Source: Cyanobacteria bacterium J06648_1
GTDB taxonomy: Bacteria; Cyanobacteriota; Cyanobacteriia; Cyanobacteriales; Xenococcaceae
Assembly (NCBI GenBank): GCA_039817275.1
Contig: JBCBWB010000001.1
Span: 25,344 to 89,343 of the forward strand
Reading direction: 5' to 3'
DNA: 64,000 bases
Position 1 is the first letter of the stretch; each line of letters starts with the position of its first letter. Positions 38,226 through 47,152 of the stretch are shown one piece after another. The translations under genes were made by a program, and so were the position numbers. The notes under the pieces are model-generated. The model was not told where the DNA came from. It saw only the letters and a list, made by a program, of their open reading frames with translations, and ran no database searches.

Positions 38226-39362
38226 TTGAGCGTATCAAAATTTATCTTTAAGCGAACGAATATATCATTGCTGCTCCTGTTAATGATTACTACAGGCTGT
38301 CAGCCTGGGAATGAGCAAGCTGACTCCGTCTCAGACGTAAGCCGCGTAGATACTCAACTACTGCTAAACAATGCTGTCTTAGAGCAATCGAACCGAGACG
38401 AAAATACAGTTTGGAAAATTAAAGCAGATAATATTACCTACAGCGAAGATAATCGAGTTGCCACTTTGACAAAAGTAGTCGGAAATTTATGGCAAAATGA
38501 CTCGGTGATTCTCAAGATTCGCGCTGAAGCAGGAGAAGTAAAAGATAACGGCAACATAATTGTCTTAAATGGCAACGTAATTGCTAGCGATCCGCGCAAT
38601 GGCAGCACTATCAATAGTGAAGTGGTCGAATGGCGACCTCAAGAGAATTTGTTACTGATCCCGCAACAGTTGACGGGGACGAATGCTAATTTACAGGTTG
38701 TTGCCGATTCGGGACAGTATCGTACGGATTTCGAAAAGCTAGAGTTAGAAAAAAATGTAGTTGCTACCAGTGAGAAACCTGCTTTACAGCTTACGAGCGA
38801 TCGCCTGGAGTGGGATCTCAAACAGCAGCAAGTTATCAGTCCTGGTGCTGTCAAGTTAGTCCATTACAACCAGAATCAAACGATTACCGATAAACTAATT
38901 AGCGATCGCGCTGAGTTGAATTTGGCTACGAATCAGGCAACCTTAAACAAAAATATCGAACTAATCAGCCTCGATCCACCCCTACAGGTAGCTACAGACT
39001 CACTTACCTGGAACTATCTAACGCGAATCGGCAAAAGCGATCGCCCAATTCAAATTCTTGATCGCCAGCGGCAAATTAGTCTGACGGGGAATAGGGGTGA
39101 AGTAAATTTACTCCAACAGCTAGCCACACTAAAGGATGGAGTCAAAGGAATTAATCAGCTTGAATCAGCCGAAATATTTGCTCGTCAAATGACCTGGAAG
39201 ATGGATACCAAAGAAGTAGAAGCCAAGGGTAATGTAATCTACGAACAAATCGATCCCCAAGCGCGTTTGACAGGAGAAAAAGCGATCGGCACTTTGGGTA
39301 GCAGCAACATCGTAGTTACGAGTGACGGTGAACAGCAGGTAATAACAGTGATTGAGAATTAA
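38226..39362 (+). CDS. periplasmic lipoprotein with LptC/OstA-like repeats (function tentative)
   Basis: The TTG start gives the lipoprotein-like leader KRTNISLLLLLMITTGC. The repeated 'W.I.A..I.Y..D...A.L..V.G.L' pattern resembles LptC-family proteins. Confidence 0.45.
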   Translation: MSVSKFIFKRTNISLLLLLMITTGCQPGNEQADSVSDVSRVDTQLLLNNAVLEQSNRDENTVWKIKADNITYSEDNRVATLTKVVGNLWQNDSVILKIRAEAGEVKDNGNIIVLNGNVIASDPRNGSTINSEVVEWRPQENLLLIPQQLTGTNANLQVVADSGQYRTDFEKLELEKNVVATSEKPALQLTSDRLEWDLKQQQVISPGAVKLVHYNQNQTITDKLISDRAELNLATNQATLNKNIELISLDPPLQVATDSLTWNYLTRIGKSDRPIQILDRQRQISLTGNRGEVNLLQQLATLKDGVKGINQLESAEIFARQMTWKMDTKEVEAKGNVIYEQIDPQARLTGEKAIGTLGSSNIVVTSDGEQQVITVIEN

Positions 39363-39422
39363 ACTTGCTGTTAAACTAAATATGTACATCAATACGTACA
39401 TTAACTATCAATTTTTCCATTT

Positions 39423-39725
39423 ATGTTCTCTTACGAAATTACCAATCCGACTGATGCGAGAAATGGTTTTTTTAAACTGCTAGAACAAGTAGCAGAAAAT
39501 CACGAAGTATTTATTGTCAATCGACGTGATGGCGAAAATGTTGCTCTAATTTCTGAGTCAGATTTAACTAGCTTAGTAGAGACAGTTTATCTTCTGCGTT
39601 CTCCTGCTAATGGTCGTCGTTTATTAGATGCCATAGCTGAATCGAGATCGGGCAAAATCAAACCTCAAACTATAGATGAACTAAAACAAGAGTTAGGTAT
39701 TGATGGCAAAGAGGAAGAAGAATAA
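39423..39725 (+). CDS. yefM: Phd/YefM-family antitoxin
   Basis: 100 aa. ...FFKLLEQVAENHEVFIVNRRDGENVALISESDLTSLVETVYLLRSP is typical YefM. It overlaps the downstream toxin gene. Confidence 0.8.
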   Translation: MFSYEITNPTDARNGFFKLLEQVAENHEVFIVNRRDGENVALISESDLTSLVETVYLLRSPANGRRLLDAIAESRSGKIKPQTIDELKQELGIDGKEEEE

Positions 39726-40017
39726 AGATCAGAACAAATCGCTTCAGCCTATCATTAATCGTGTTCCTGGCTTTAGTTCTCAGTTCAAAGAAGATTTGGG
39801 TTGGTGGTTTAGGGAAGATCCGAGGAAAGCTAGTAAAATTTTGGATCTAGTAACAGCAGTAATGCAAGATCCATTCAAAGGCATTGGTAAACCTGAGCCA
39901 TTGAAATATATGGATTCCAACATTTGGTCAAGAAGAATTGACTTGGAACATCGGTTTATTTATCAGGTTAATAAAACTCAAATTGACTTTCTCGCCTGTC
40001 GATTTCACTACGAATAG
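39703..40017 (+). CDS. yoeB: YoeB/Txe-family toxin (mRNA interferase)
   Basis: DPFKGIGKPEPLKYMDSNIWSRRIDLEHRFIYQV...IDFLACRFHYE is collinear with E. coli YoeB (...[31 protein letters not shown]...ACRYHY). It carries a basic ~24-aa N-terminal extension. Confidence 0.85.
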   Translation: MAKRKKNKDQNKSLQPIINRVPGFSSQFKEDLGWWFREDPRKASKILDLVTAVMQDPFKGIGKPEPLKYMDSNIWSRRIDLEHRFIYQVNKTQIDFLACRFHYE

Positions 40018-40362
40018 ATTTGATCGTAGATTTGGCGATCGCAAATTTAAGATCGAGTTAAAAACACTCAATTAAACAATCTCTTTTTTCAACCACTCCA
40101 CAACCTCCGAAGCATTTTTTTGAGGCGGAAAAACAGGATAAAACACCTTTAAGATATTCTTCCAGCGTATATTGGTGGGACAGTTGTTCGGCAGACAGCA
40201 TTCTTGGTAAATGTTGTACGGATAATTCAGTTATTTTTATTTTACTGAAGTGATCGATCGCTGACGGTCAATGATTATTGTCACACTTCAATTAAGCTAC
40301 TAATCGTAGTCCATTTGTAAGATCGAGGCGACTCTAGAGTTAGTCTCTACGAGTTAAATATC

Positions 40363-40731
40363 ATGCTATTTAAAAAAGCGTTAATCTTATCAGTTACGAT
40401 TATTTTGAGCTGCGGCTATATTTCAGCAGCAAAAGCAAGTACAACCTGTCAAGATAAATTTTCCTATGCTGCTTTTGGTAGTTTGGAAAAAAGCGACATG
40501 GATCGCTTAAAGCAGAAGTTTTTAGCTGTTCGGCGATCGCCTAAATTTGCGACACCAGTTTATCTCGGCGACGTGCAGGGTATCTTGGGTTTTTCTGGTC
40601 AACAAACAAAAGTTACCAGCAACGGTAAGGTAGAACATCGTATTTGGGTCGATCGCAATAACTGTAAGCGTCAGGTTAAAGGTTCATTTATAGATCGTAA
40701 ATTGGTCAAGATTAAAAGCTACGGATTTTGA
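40363..40731 (+). CDS. small secreted hypothetical protein
   Basis: 122 aa with the signal-like N-terminus MLFKKALILSVTIILSCGYISAAKA. No domain recognised. Confidence 0.45.
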   Translation: MLFKKALILSVTIILSCGYISAAKASTTCQDKFSYAAFGSLEKSDMDRLKQKFLAVRRSPKFATPVYLGDVQGILGFSGQQTKVTSNGKVEHRIWVDRNNCKRQVKGSFIDRKLVKIKSYGF

Positions 40732-40799
40732 GCTAGCTTCTATGTTTTTCTAGATCCTTATTTCTGTAAATTGATTGTTTGAGGGAGTGATATTCACGC

Positions 40800-42854
40800 C
40801 TACGAGTTATTAACCTGCTCGATCTGTTCTAACACTTGTCCTAAGTTGATCGCAGGCTCTAAACAGGATGAACTGATACATACTAGAGCGATCGCCTGTT
40901 TGGGTAATTCACTTTCTATTCTGTATACGGTAGTAGGCAGGTAATGAGAACTCAATTCTATTATTTGCTCGACGCTGGTTTTGACGCTCGTACCCTGTAG
41001 CCACCAATCTAAAGCTACAAACAGGCTGGGACAGGCGGTAGGGGATTTTTCCATGACGATATTAAATGCCTGGAGTCCTTGTTCGGCGCGATCGCGATAT
41101 TCTAAGTTATCGGTTAATAAAGATAAACGGATCAGATTGGCGATCGCAATACCGTTAGCCGCAGGAGTCGCATTGTCCATATAGCTACGCTCTCGCACGA
41201 GCAGCTCTTTCCCCGCATCGGTAGAATTGTTGTAGTAGCCACCCTGTTCAATACTCCAAAGTAAATCATCAAACTCTTCCTGTACGGCGATCGCTTTTTC
41301 CAACCATTGGGGATCTTCAGGACAGGCAGCCTGTAAATCGAGCAAGGCTTTGATTAACAAAGCATAATCTTCCGACTGCGCCGAAACTGTGGCAATACCG
41401 TCATAATTGAGACGCTGCAATCTACCGTCGAGCCACTGGTTTTGCAGAATAAACTGAACTGCCCCCGTGGCTAAATCTAAATAAGATTGTTCTCTAAATA
41501 CAGCATAAGCTCTAGCTAGCCCCGATATCATCAAAGCATTCCAAGCGGCGATCGCTTTAGTGTCGGTAACGGGAGGTATACGTCCCTGCCAGGCTTTGGT
41601 TTTTGCTTCCTGGTTATTCTTAGCGGGAGGAAAAATCTCAACTTCAGCTTCTGGCTGTCCATAGCGTACGGTAAAAAGTTTTCCTAGCGCCTGTGCCAAA
41701 CTGTCCAAAAGTTCTGAGGTAGAAAGCCTTTGCAGCACGTTTTTACCTTCAAAGTTGCCTTTTGGGGTGACAGTAAATTCTCGCTCTAATTCAGCTAATT
41801 CTGAGGCACTGAGTAATGATTCTAATTCCTGATAACTCCAGACATAAAAATCTCCTTCCTCTGGCTCGATCTCTTCAGGAGTCTTAAAGTTATCGGCATC
41901 TTGCGCGGCATAGAAATATCCTCGTTCGTGAGTCATTTCCCGCTTGAGCCAGCTTACCGTTTTGGCGATCGCGTTTTTTATTGCGGGTTGCTGTACGCCA
42001 CTACTCCAGAGATTTGCCAGATATTCGACAATTTGCCCATTATCATAGAGCATCTTCTCAAAATGCGGCACAGTCCAGGTATTATCGACGGTATAGCGGT
42101 GGAATCCTCCCGCTACATGGTCATAGATGCCTCCCAAAACCAAATCTAAGCCCCTTTGGGTTGATAGAGCCTTGGTATCATAATCATATTCCTGTTTAAG
42201 TCTACTGCCCTGTAAAGCAATAGTAGAGTAGGGAATCATCGGGAAACTGGGACGACCAAGATCGTTGGGCTGTAGTACTGCGGTATTGGAGTTCAACCCG
42301 CTAGCGAATAAATCTTGGTTTAATTTTGCTTCTTGATTAACGGGTAAAGCAGCAGACTGCTGGAGATTGCCCAGTATTTCGCTTTTGAAAGCTAACAACT
42401 TTTCGGGTTCCTGGTCATAGAAACGCCGTATCGACTTGAGAATTTCCATAAACCCAGGACGACCGTATTTAGGAGTGACAGGAAAATAAGTTCCGCCATA
42501 GAAAGGGACAAGATCTTCGGGATTGAGAAAAATATTGAGGGGCCAGCCACCCTGTCCCGTCATCATCTGTAGTGCCTGCATGTAAATGCTGTCGATATCT
42601 GGTCTTTCTTCACGATCTACTTTGATTGGCAGAAAGTTAGCGTTAAGATAATCGGCGATCGCCAGATCGGAAAAGGCTTCTCCTTCCATTACCGTACACC
42701 AGTGGCAGCTAGAATAACCAATCGAGAGAAAGATCGGCTTATTCTCCTGTTTTGCCTTGACTAAGGCTTCATCGCACCAATACCACCAGTCTATCGGATT
42801 ATCAACGTGCTTTTGTAGGTAGAGACTTTGGGTTGATTGCAGGTGATTGGGCAT
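40800..42854 (-). CDS. thioredoxin-domain (DUF255, YyaL/SSP411-like) protein
   Basis: NPIDWWYWCDEALVKAKQENKPIFLSIGYSSCHWCTVMEGEAF is the hallmark N-terminus. A six-hairpin glycosidase-like C-terminal region follows. Confidence 0.85.
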   Translation of the reverse strand: MPNHLQSTQSLYLQKHVDNPIDWWYWCDEALVKAKQENKPIFLSIGYSSCHWCTVMEGEAFSDLAIADYLNANFLPIKVDREERPDIDSIYMQALQMMTGQGGWPLNIFLNPEDLVPFYGGTYFPVTPKYGRPGFMEILKSIRRFYDQEPEKLLAFKSEILGNLQQSAALPVNQEAKLNQDLFASGLNSNTAVLQPNDLGRPSFPMIPYSTIALQGSRLKQEYDYDTKALSTQRGLDLVLGGIYDHVAGGFHRYTVDNTWTVPHFEKMLYDNGQIVEYLANLWSSGVQQPAIKNAIAKTVSWLKREMTHERGYFYAAQDADNFKTPEEIEPEEGDFYVWSYQELESLLSASELAELEREFTVTPKGNFEGKNVLQRLSTSELLDSLAQALGKLFTVRYGQPEAEVEIFPPAKNNQEAKTKAWQGRIPPVTDTKAIAAWNALMISGLARAYAVFREQSYLDLATGAVQFILQNQWLDGRLQRLNYDGIATVSAQSEDYALLIKALLDLQAACPEDPQWLEKAIAVQEEFDDLLWSIEQGGYYNNSTDAGKELLVRERSYMDNATPAANGIAIANLIRLSLLTDNLEYRDRAEQGLQAFNIVMEKSPTACPSLFVALDWWLQGTSVKTSVEQIIELSSHYLPTTVYRIESELPKQAIALVCISSSCLEPAINLGQVLEQIEQVNNS

Positions 42855-42895
42855 TTGGTGTTCGAGGTAGATTAGCTTCGTTGAAATGTGTTTGT

Positions 42896-42977
42896 TTTTA
42901 GCTTTTAGCTTTTAGCTTTTAGCTTCTAGCCCGTTTAGGGCGGTCTGGTGCAAAGCGCCTACGCTTTTAGCTTTTAG
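42896..42977. repeat. TTTTAGC heptamer tandem array interrupted by a 34-nt GC-rich hairpin module (42931-42964)
   Basis: Units start at 42896, 42903, 42910 and 42917, with a variant TTCTAGC at 42924. The array resumes at 42965 and 42972. Confidence 0.85.
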
Positions 42978-43197
42978 TAAGGATTCGTGGTTATTTTCTG
43001 TTATTGACCCTTGTGTGGCGAGAAGTCAGTTTAGTGAAGAGTCAGAGCTTAAAAAATGGCTGAAACTGTATCCGCTTGCTTATAAATTAGTATACGAGAG
43101 AGCTATGGCAGCAAATTTGTCAGAGAATGATTGAGCCACAATTTGCCATTCTCAAAATTCAATCGTAAGTTTATTTTAGCCATACCGAGTCACTTCC

Positions 43198-43839
43198 ATG
43201 ATCAGTTACCTCAAGGGTACAAAAGTAGATATCACGAAAACCACTCAAAATCGCCTATTTTTGATCTTAGATGTCAATAATATTGGCTATGAAATGCAGA
43301 TCTCAACTCGTTTTGCCCAAAAGCTTGAGGGAGAAGAAGATGAGCCGATCCAGGTTTATACTCACCTCCAGATTCAGGAAGACAAACAAATCCTCTATGG
43401 TTTTCCTACCGCCGCCGAGAGAGATTTATTCCGTCAGCTAACCGCCGTTAGCGGGATTGGCATGCAGCTTGGTATTGCTCTGATCGACACTTTAGGTATA
43501 TCTGATTTAGTCGGTGCAATCGTTACTAGTAATATTCCTGCTTTGACTAAAACTCCTGGAGTAGGGAAGAAAACCGCCGAAAGAATCGCTCTGGAATTAA
43601 AAACCAAGCTGGCACAGTGGCGCAAGATATCAGGAATGGAGGTTCAACAGCCAGAAGCGGTATTTTCTCCCCCACCTGAGATCAAAGAGGATTTGGAGAT
43701 GACATTGATGGCTTTAGGCTATACCAACGACGAGATCGAGCAGGTGCTCGCTGCCTTAAGTCAGGATAATATTCTGCTGAAAAACAAGAATGTCGAAGAA
43801 TGGATCAGAAGTGCGATCGCTTGGCTGAGTGGCGAGTAA
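43198..43839 (+). CDS. ruvA: Holliday junction branch migration complex subunit RuvA
   Basis: MISYLKG...IGYEMQIS..., the helix-hairpin-helix region L..VSGIGMQLGIALI and PGVGKKTAERIALELK, and a C-terminal domain III. Confidence 0.9.
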   Translation: MISYLKGTKVDITKTTQNRLFLILDVNNIGYEMQISTRFAQKLEGEEDEPIQVYTHLQIQEDKQILYGFPTAAERDLFRQLTAVSGIGMQLGIALIDTLGISDLVGAIVTSNIPALTKTPGVGKKTAERIALELKTKLAQWRKISGMEVQQPEAVFSPPPEIKEDLEMTLMALGYTNDEIEQVLAALSQDNILLKNKNVEEWIRSAIAWLSGE

Positions 43840-43841
43840 AT

Positions 43842-43907
43842 CAGTAATCCTCCTTCGACAAAGGCTCTATGCCGCATGTACGTAGTCAGTAATTAGTAAT
43901 CAGAATC
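43842..43907. repeat. CAGTAAT-type heptamer array interrupted by a 38-nt non-repeat segment (43849-43886)
   Basis: CAGTAAT at 43842, then CAGTAAT 43887, TAGTAAT 43894 and CAGAATC 43901. The array begins right after the ruvA stop. Confidence 0.6.
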
Positions 43908-44070
43908 TACTTGATTTTTCTTAATGTTCCTAATCTAAAACTCATAAATATTGTTTCTAATGGAAGTTAAATGCTACATCAAGTAAGCAATTAGCAATTT
44001 TGCTATTGCTATGTTATCTATTGAACCTGCTTATATTTACTTGTCGAATGGAATGAGGAGACAATCAATT

Positions 44071-44625
44071 ATGAAATTTAAACATTTTCCTACCATGGCT
44101 ACTGCCTTTGCCTTAATTCTAGGTTTCTCAGCGGCTGTCACTGGCTGTAATTCTGCTGTTAGTGAGGGAGAGAAGACGACCGCGGATGCTGTGGCTCAAG
44201 AGTCTGATATTGCGCCTCCAGTTTATTCAGAATCATTTAGTGGCTTGGCACTTCGCGGAGCGGATCCTGTCGCTTATTTTACTGAAAGTCAAGCTGTAAA
44301 AGGAAATGCGGAATTTGAGCATGAGTGGAATGGCGCTACCTGGAGATTTTCTAGCCAAGAAAACTTAGATCTTTTTACTGCTAATCCCGAACAATATGCG
44401 CCTCAATATGGTGGCTACTGTGCCAAAGCAGTCAGCGAAGGAAATTTAGCTTCTATCGATCCAGAGTCTTGGAAGATTGTCGATGATAAGCTCTATCTAA
44501 ACTACAGTCCCGCAGTTCAGCAGCAATGGTCATCAGATATACCTGGCAATATTGCTCTAGGAGATGAAAATTGGTCGGGGGTTTTGAACGGCACCAAAGT
44601 CCACGAAAACAAAATTGACTATTAG
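44071..44625 (+). CDS. YHS-domain protein, probable lipoprotein
   Basis: ATG 44071 is preceded by GGAG (44057-60). The leader is ...LILGFSAAVTGC. GADPVAYFT...GATWRFSSQENLDLFTANPEQYAPQYGGYCA is the YHS-type pattern. The track's upstream ATG 44011 adds a non-signal 20 aa. Confidence 0.7.
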   Translation: MKFKHFPTMATAFALILGFSAAVTGCNSAVSEGEKTTADAVAQESDIAPPVYSESFSGLALRGADPVAYFTESQAVKGNAEFEHEWNGATWRFSSQENLDLFTANPEQYAPQYGGYCAKAVSEGNLASIDPESWKIVDDKLYLNYSPAVQQQWSSDIPGNIALGDENWSGVLNGTKVHENKIDY

Positions 44626-44652
44626 TAATTCCCTTGCCTGGTTGAACGGATA

Positions 44653-44701
44653 GTTGATGGTTGATAGTTGATGGTTGATGGTTGATGGTTGATAGTTAAT
44701 A
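44653..44701. repeat. uninterrupted GTTGATG/GTTGATA heptamer tandem array (7 units)
   Basis: Units start at 44653, 44660, 44667, 44674, 44681, 44688 and 44695. The array fills the gap between the convergent stops at 44625 and 44703. Confidence 0.9.
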
Positions 44702-44702
44702 A

Positions 44703-46247
44703 CTAAACTCCCTCGTAAAGCTCAGTAATTTTAGCAATTACTTGCTCTATGGTCAGATTGTCGGTAATTAGCTTGATCGCATCATCAGCTTTTTTGAGCG
44801 GTGCGATCGCCCTATTGCTATCCTGCTCGTCTCGGTGCTTAATATCCTGTTCTAGCTGCTGGAGATCGATATCATCTCTGCCCTGAGCTTGGAGATCCTG
44901 CATGCGTCTTCTGGCTCTTTCTGCGGGAGTTGCGGTCAGAAATATCTTTAGTTCGGCATCAGGAAAGACATTCGTGCCAATATCTCGCCCTTCAGCAATT
45001 AAGCCCCCTTTTTTTCCCCATTGCTGCTGCATCTGGACTAATTTTTCACGTACCGCAGCCTGGGCAGCGATCGCCGATACGTTAGCAGTAACTTCGGGAG
45101 TCCGAATGGCGGTAGTGACCTCCTTACCATTCACATGAACTACGGTCGGTAGATCCATCGTCTCAGGAGAGGTTAGTTTAAGCTCCAAATCTTGCAGTAA
45201 AGTGGCGATCGCTGCTTCATCATCAAGCGCCAATCCTGCCGACATTACCAGCCAGGTAACGGCGCGATACATTGCTCCTGTATCTAGATAGAGCAAACCC
45301 AACTGATGCGCCAAAGAACGAGTGACGGTAGACTTTCCTGCACCCGCAGGACCATCGATAGCAATGATAGGCTGACGTTTTTGCAACACAATATTATCTA
45401 TTAAACGAGTAGAACCAACATAAGCAGCGATCGCCAGTAATCCAGCCTGTCTAATATTGGTAATTGGCTGTAAAGTAGCTGGCTCGACTAGCTCAACGTA
45501 TTGAATTTTAACCTCTGGTGCCGCCTTTAATTCGTGCTGGACTAAGTTAATTAAAAATTGTGTATCTGTTTTACCCTGTAAGAAAGCTGATTGTGCCTGT
45601 TGCAGACTACGATAAATTGACGCTGCCTGCTTTTTTTCCCACTCGGTTAAGTATTGGTTGCGCGAGCTTAATGCTAGTCCAGACTCTTCCCGAATAATAG
45701 GACAGGAGACAATTTCTACAGGAATATTTAGATCGCAAACAAGACGACAAATAATTGCGAGCTGCTGTGCGTCCTTCTGTCCAAAATAGGCTCGATCTGG
45801 CTGAACTATATTTAACAATTTGGCAACAATAGTGGCGACACCCGTAAAGTGCGCGGGGCGATGTTGACCACACAGCATGTCCGTCATTTGGGGAGGGGGA
45901 ACAATCTTGGTTGTTTGGTTTGGCGTCTCCGTATTGCCCTGGCTATTCATTTCCGTCGATGTAGGAGCAAAAACAAAATCTACTCCCATAGACTCACAGA
46001 GCTTGAGATCTTGTTCTAGCTGACGGGGATAGCTACCCAAATCTTCAGTTGGCGCAAACTGGAGCGGATTGACAAAAATACTAACTACAACCAGCTTGTT
46101 TGTCGCGATCGCTTTTTGGATCAGGCTCAGGTGTCCTTGGTGCAGCGCTCCCATCGTTGGCACTAAACCAATTTCGCCTTGACCAGTTTGACGATGCGTC
46201 TTCAGATGAGAGCGTAGTTCGGAAATTGTCCGTAACAAAAGCACCAT
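44703..46247 (-). CDS. panC: bifunctional pantoate--beta-alanine ligase / cytidylate kinase
   Basis: PanC half (VPTMGALHQGHLSL..., FGQKDAQQL) fused to a Cmk half (IAIDGPAGAGKSTV...YLDTGAMYR), the known cyanobacterial fusion. I prefer ATG 46247, because the track's TTG 46292 would read through the heptamer array and an inserted module. Confidence 0.9.
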   Translation of the reverse strand: MVLLLRTISELRSHLKTHRQTGQGEIGLVPTMGALHQGHLSLIQKAIATNKLVVVSIFVNPLQFAPTEDLGSYPRQLEQDLKLCESMGVDFVFAPTSTEMNSQGNTETPNQTTKIVPPPQMTDMLCGQHRPAHFTGVATIVAKLLNIVQPDRAYFGQKDAQQLAIICRLVCDLNIPVEIVSCPIIREESGLALSSRNQYLTEWEKKQAASIYRSLQQAQSAFLQGKTDTQFLINLVQHELKAAPEVKIQYVELVEPATLQPITNIRQAGLLAIAAYVGSTRLIDNIVLQKRQPIIAIDGPAGAGKSTVTRSLAHQLGLLYLDTGAMYRAVTWLVMSAGLALDDEAAIATLLQDLELKLTSPETMDLPTVVHVNGKEVTTAIRTPEVTANVSAIAAQAAVREKLVQMQQQWGKKGGLIAEGRDIGTNVFPDAELKIFLTATPAERARRRMQDLQAQGRDDIDLQQLEQDIKHRDEQDSNRAIAPLKKADDAIKLITDNLTIEQVIAKITELYEGV

Positions 46248-46253
46248 AATTAT

Positions 46254-46318
46254 CAGTGAACAGTAAACAGTCCTAAAGGATAAGCTTCGCAAATAAACAG
46301 TAAACAGTAAACAGTTAT
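46254..46318. repeat. CAGTAAA heptamer tandem array split by a 23-nt insertion
   Basis: CAGTGAA 46254, CAGTAAA 46261, CAGT(46268-71)|23 nt|AAA(46295-97), CAGTAAA 46298, CAGTAAA 46305, CAGTTAT 46312. Confidence 0.85.
46272..46294. mobile_element. 23-nt mini-hairpin module CCTAAAGGATAAGCTTCGCAAAT inserted inside one heptamer unit
   Basis: Removing it restores the CAGTAAA register. The same module (TCCTAAAGGATA..GCTTCGCA) occurs at 25928-25949. The boundary is ambiguous by 1 nt. Confidence 0.55.
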
Positions 46319-46365
46319 CAAGGTGCTTTGTAGGAAAAATAATATAGAGGTGAAATTTCGCTTCT

Positions 46366-46956
46366 CTAGCGACCTAAAACAGTAACTGTTACTGGTGCTA
46401 CTCCCGAATGCATCATATTCAATGTACGTGCCGCCGCTGCCGAGAGATCAATTACCCGACCTTTGACAAAAGGGCCGCGATCATTAATTCTGACTACTAC
46501 CGAACGACCATTATGCAAATTTGTTACCTTAACTCTTGTGCCAAATTTTAGATATTTATGAGCCGCAGTCATAGCATTTTGATTATATCTTTCGCCATTG
46601 GCGGTCAGACGACCATGAAACCCAGGGCCATACCAAGATGCTTTGCCACTAAAAGAACTAGCTATTAGAGGTTGATTGCGCAGAGGAATTATCTGCTGAG
46701 GACTACCCAATTCAAAGTTGTCTTGCAAATCTATTTGAGATGTCTCGTTAGCAAAACTTCTGGCAAGAATCAGGTGCAAATCTAGCGATTGATTTTCGGC
46801 AGTATCTAGAGTAGATATGCTTAAAGTCTGTTGTCTAGAAGTACTAGTCTCTGCCGTAGCTTTAGAACTATTGAATAAAAGATTAACAGTTAAGCAAAAA
46901 GCGATCGCCAGGTAGTTACTATATTTTGAGTATTTAGATAAGTATTTAGATTTCAT
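46366..46956 (-). CDS. rlpA: septal-ring lytic transglycosylase RlpA-family (DPBB) protein
   Basis: [60 protein letters not shown] is the RlpA double-psi beta-barrel signature. A signal-like N-terminus is present. Confidence 0.8.
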   Translation of the reverse strand: MKSKYLSKYSKYSNYLAIAFCLTVNLLFNSSKATAETSTSRQQTLSISTLDTAENQSLDLHLILARSFANETSQIDLQDNFELGSPQQIIPLRNQPLIASSFSGKASWYGPGFHGRLTANGERYNQNAMTAAHKYLKFGTRVKVTNLHNGRSVVVRINDRGPFVKGRVIDLSAAAARTLNMMHSGVAPVTVTVLGR

Positions 46957-47152
46957 ATTTTTAAAAGTTTTTTAAATTAACGGTCGGTTGATTTAATAGA
47001 TTTGCTTTGTAACAGATAATTTATATTTGCATCTATCTTAGGATTGATAAATGCTATGGCAAAATTGTATATCCACCCAAATTATTTATAAAGTTTTCAA
47101 CAACTAACATCTAATTCAGCCTTGCTGTCGCCAAAAAAACGACGGTAATTTA

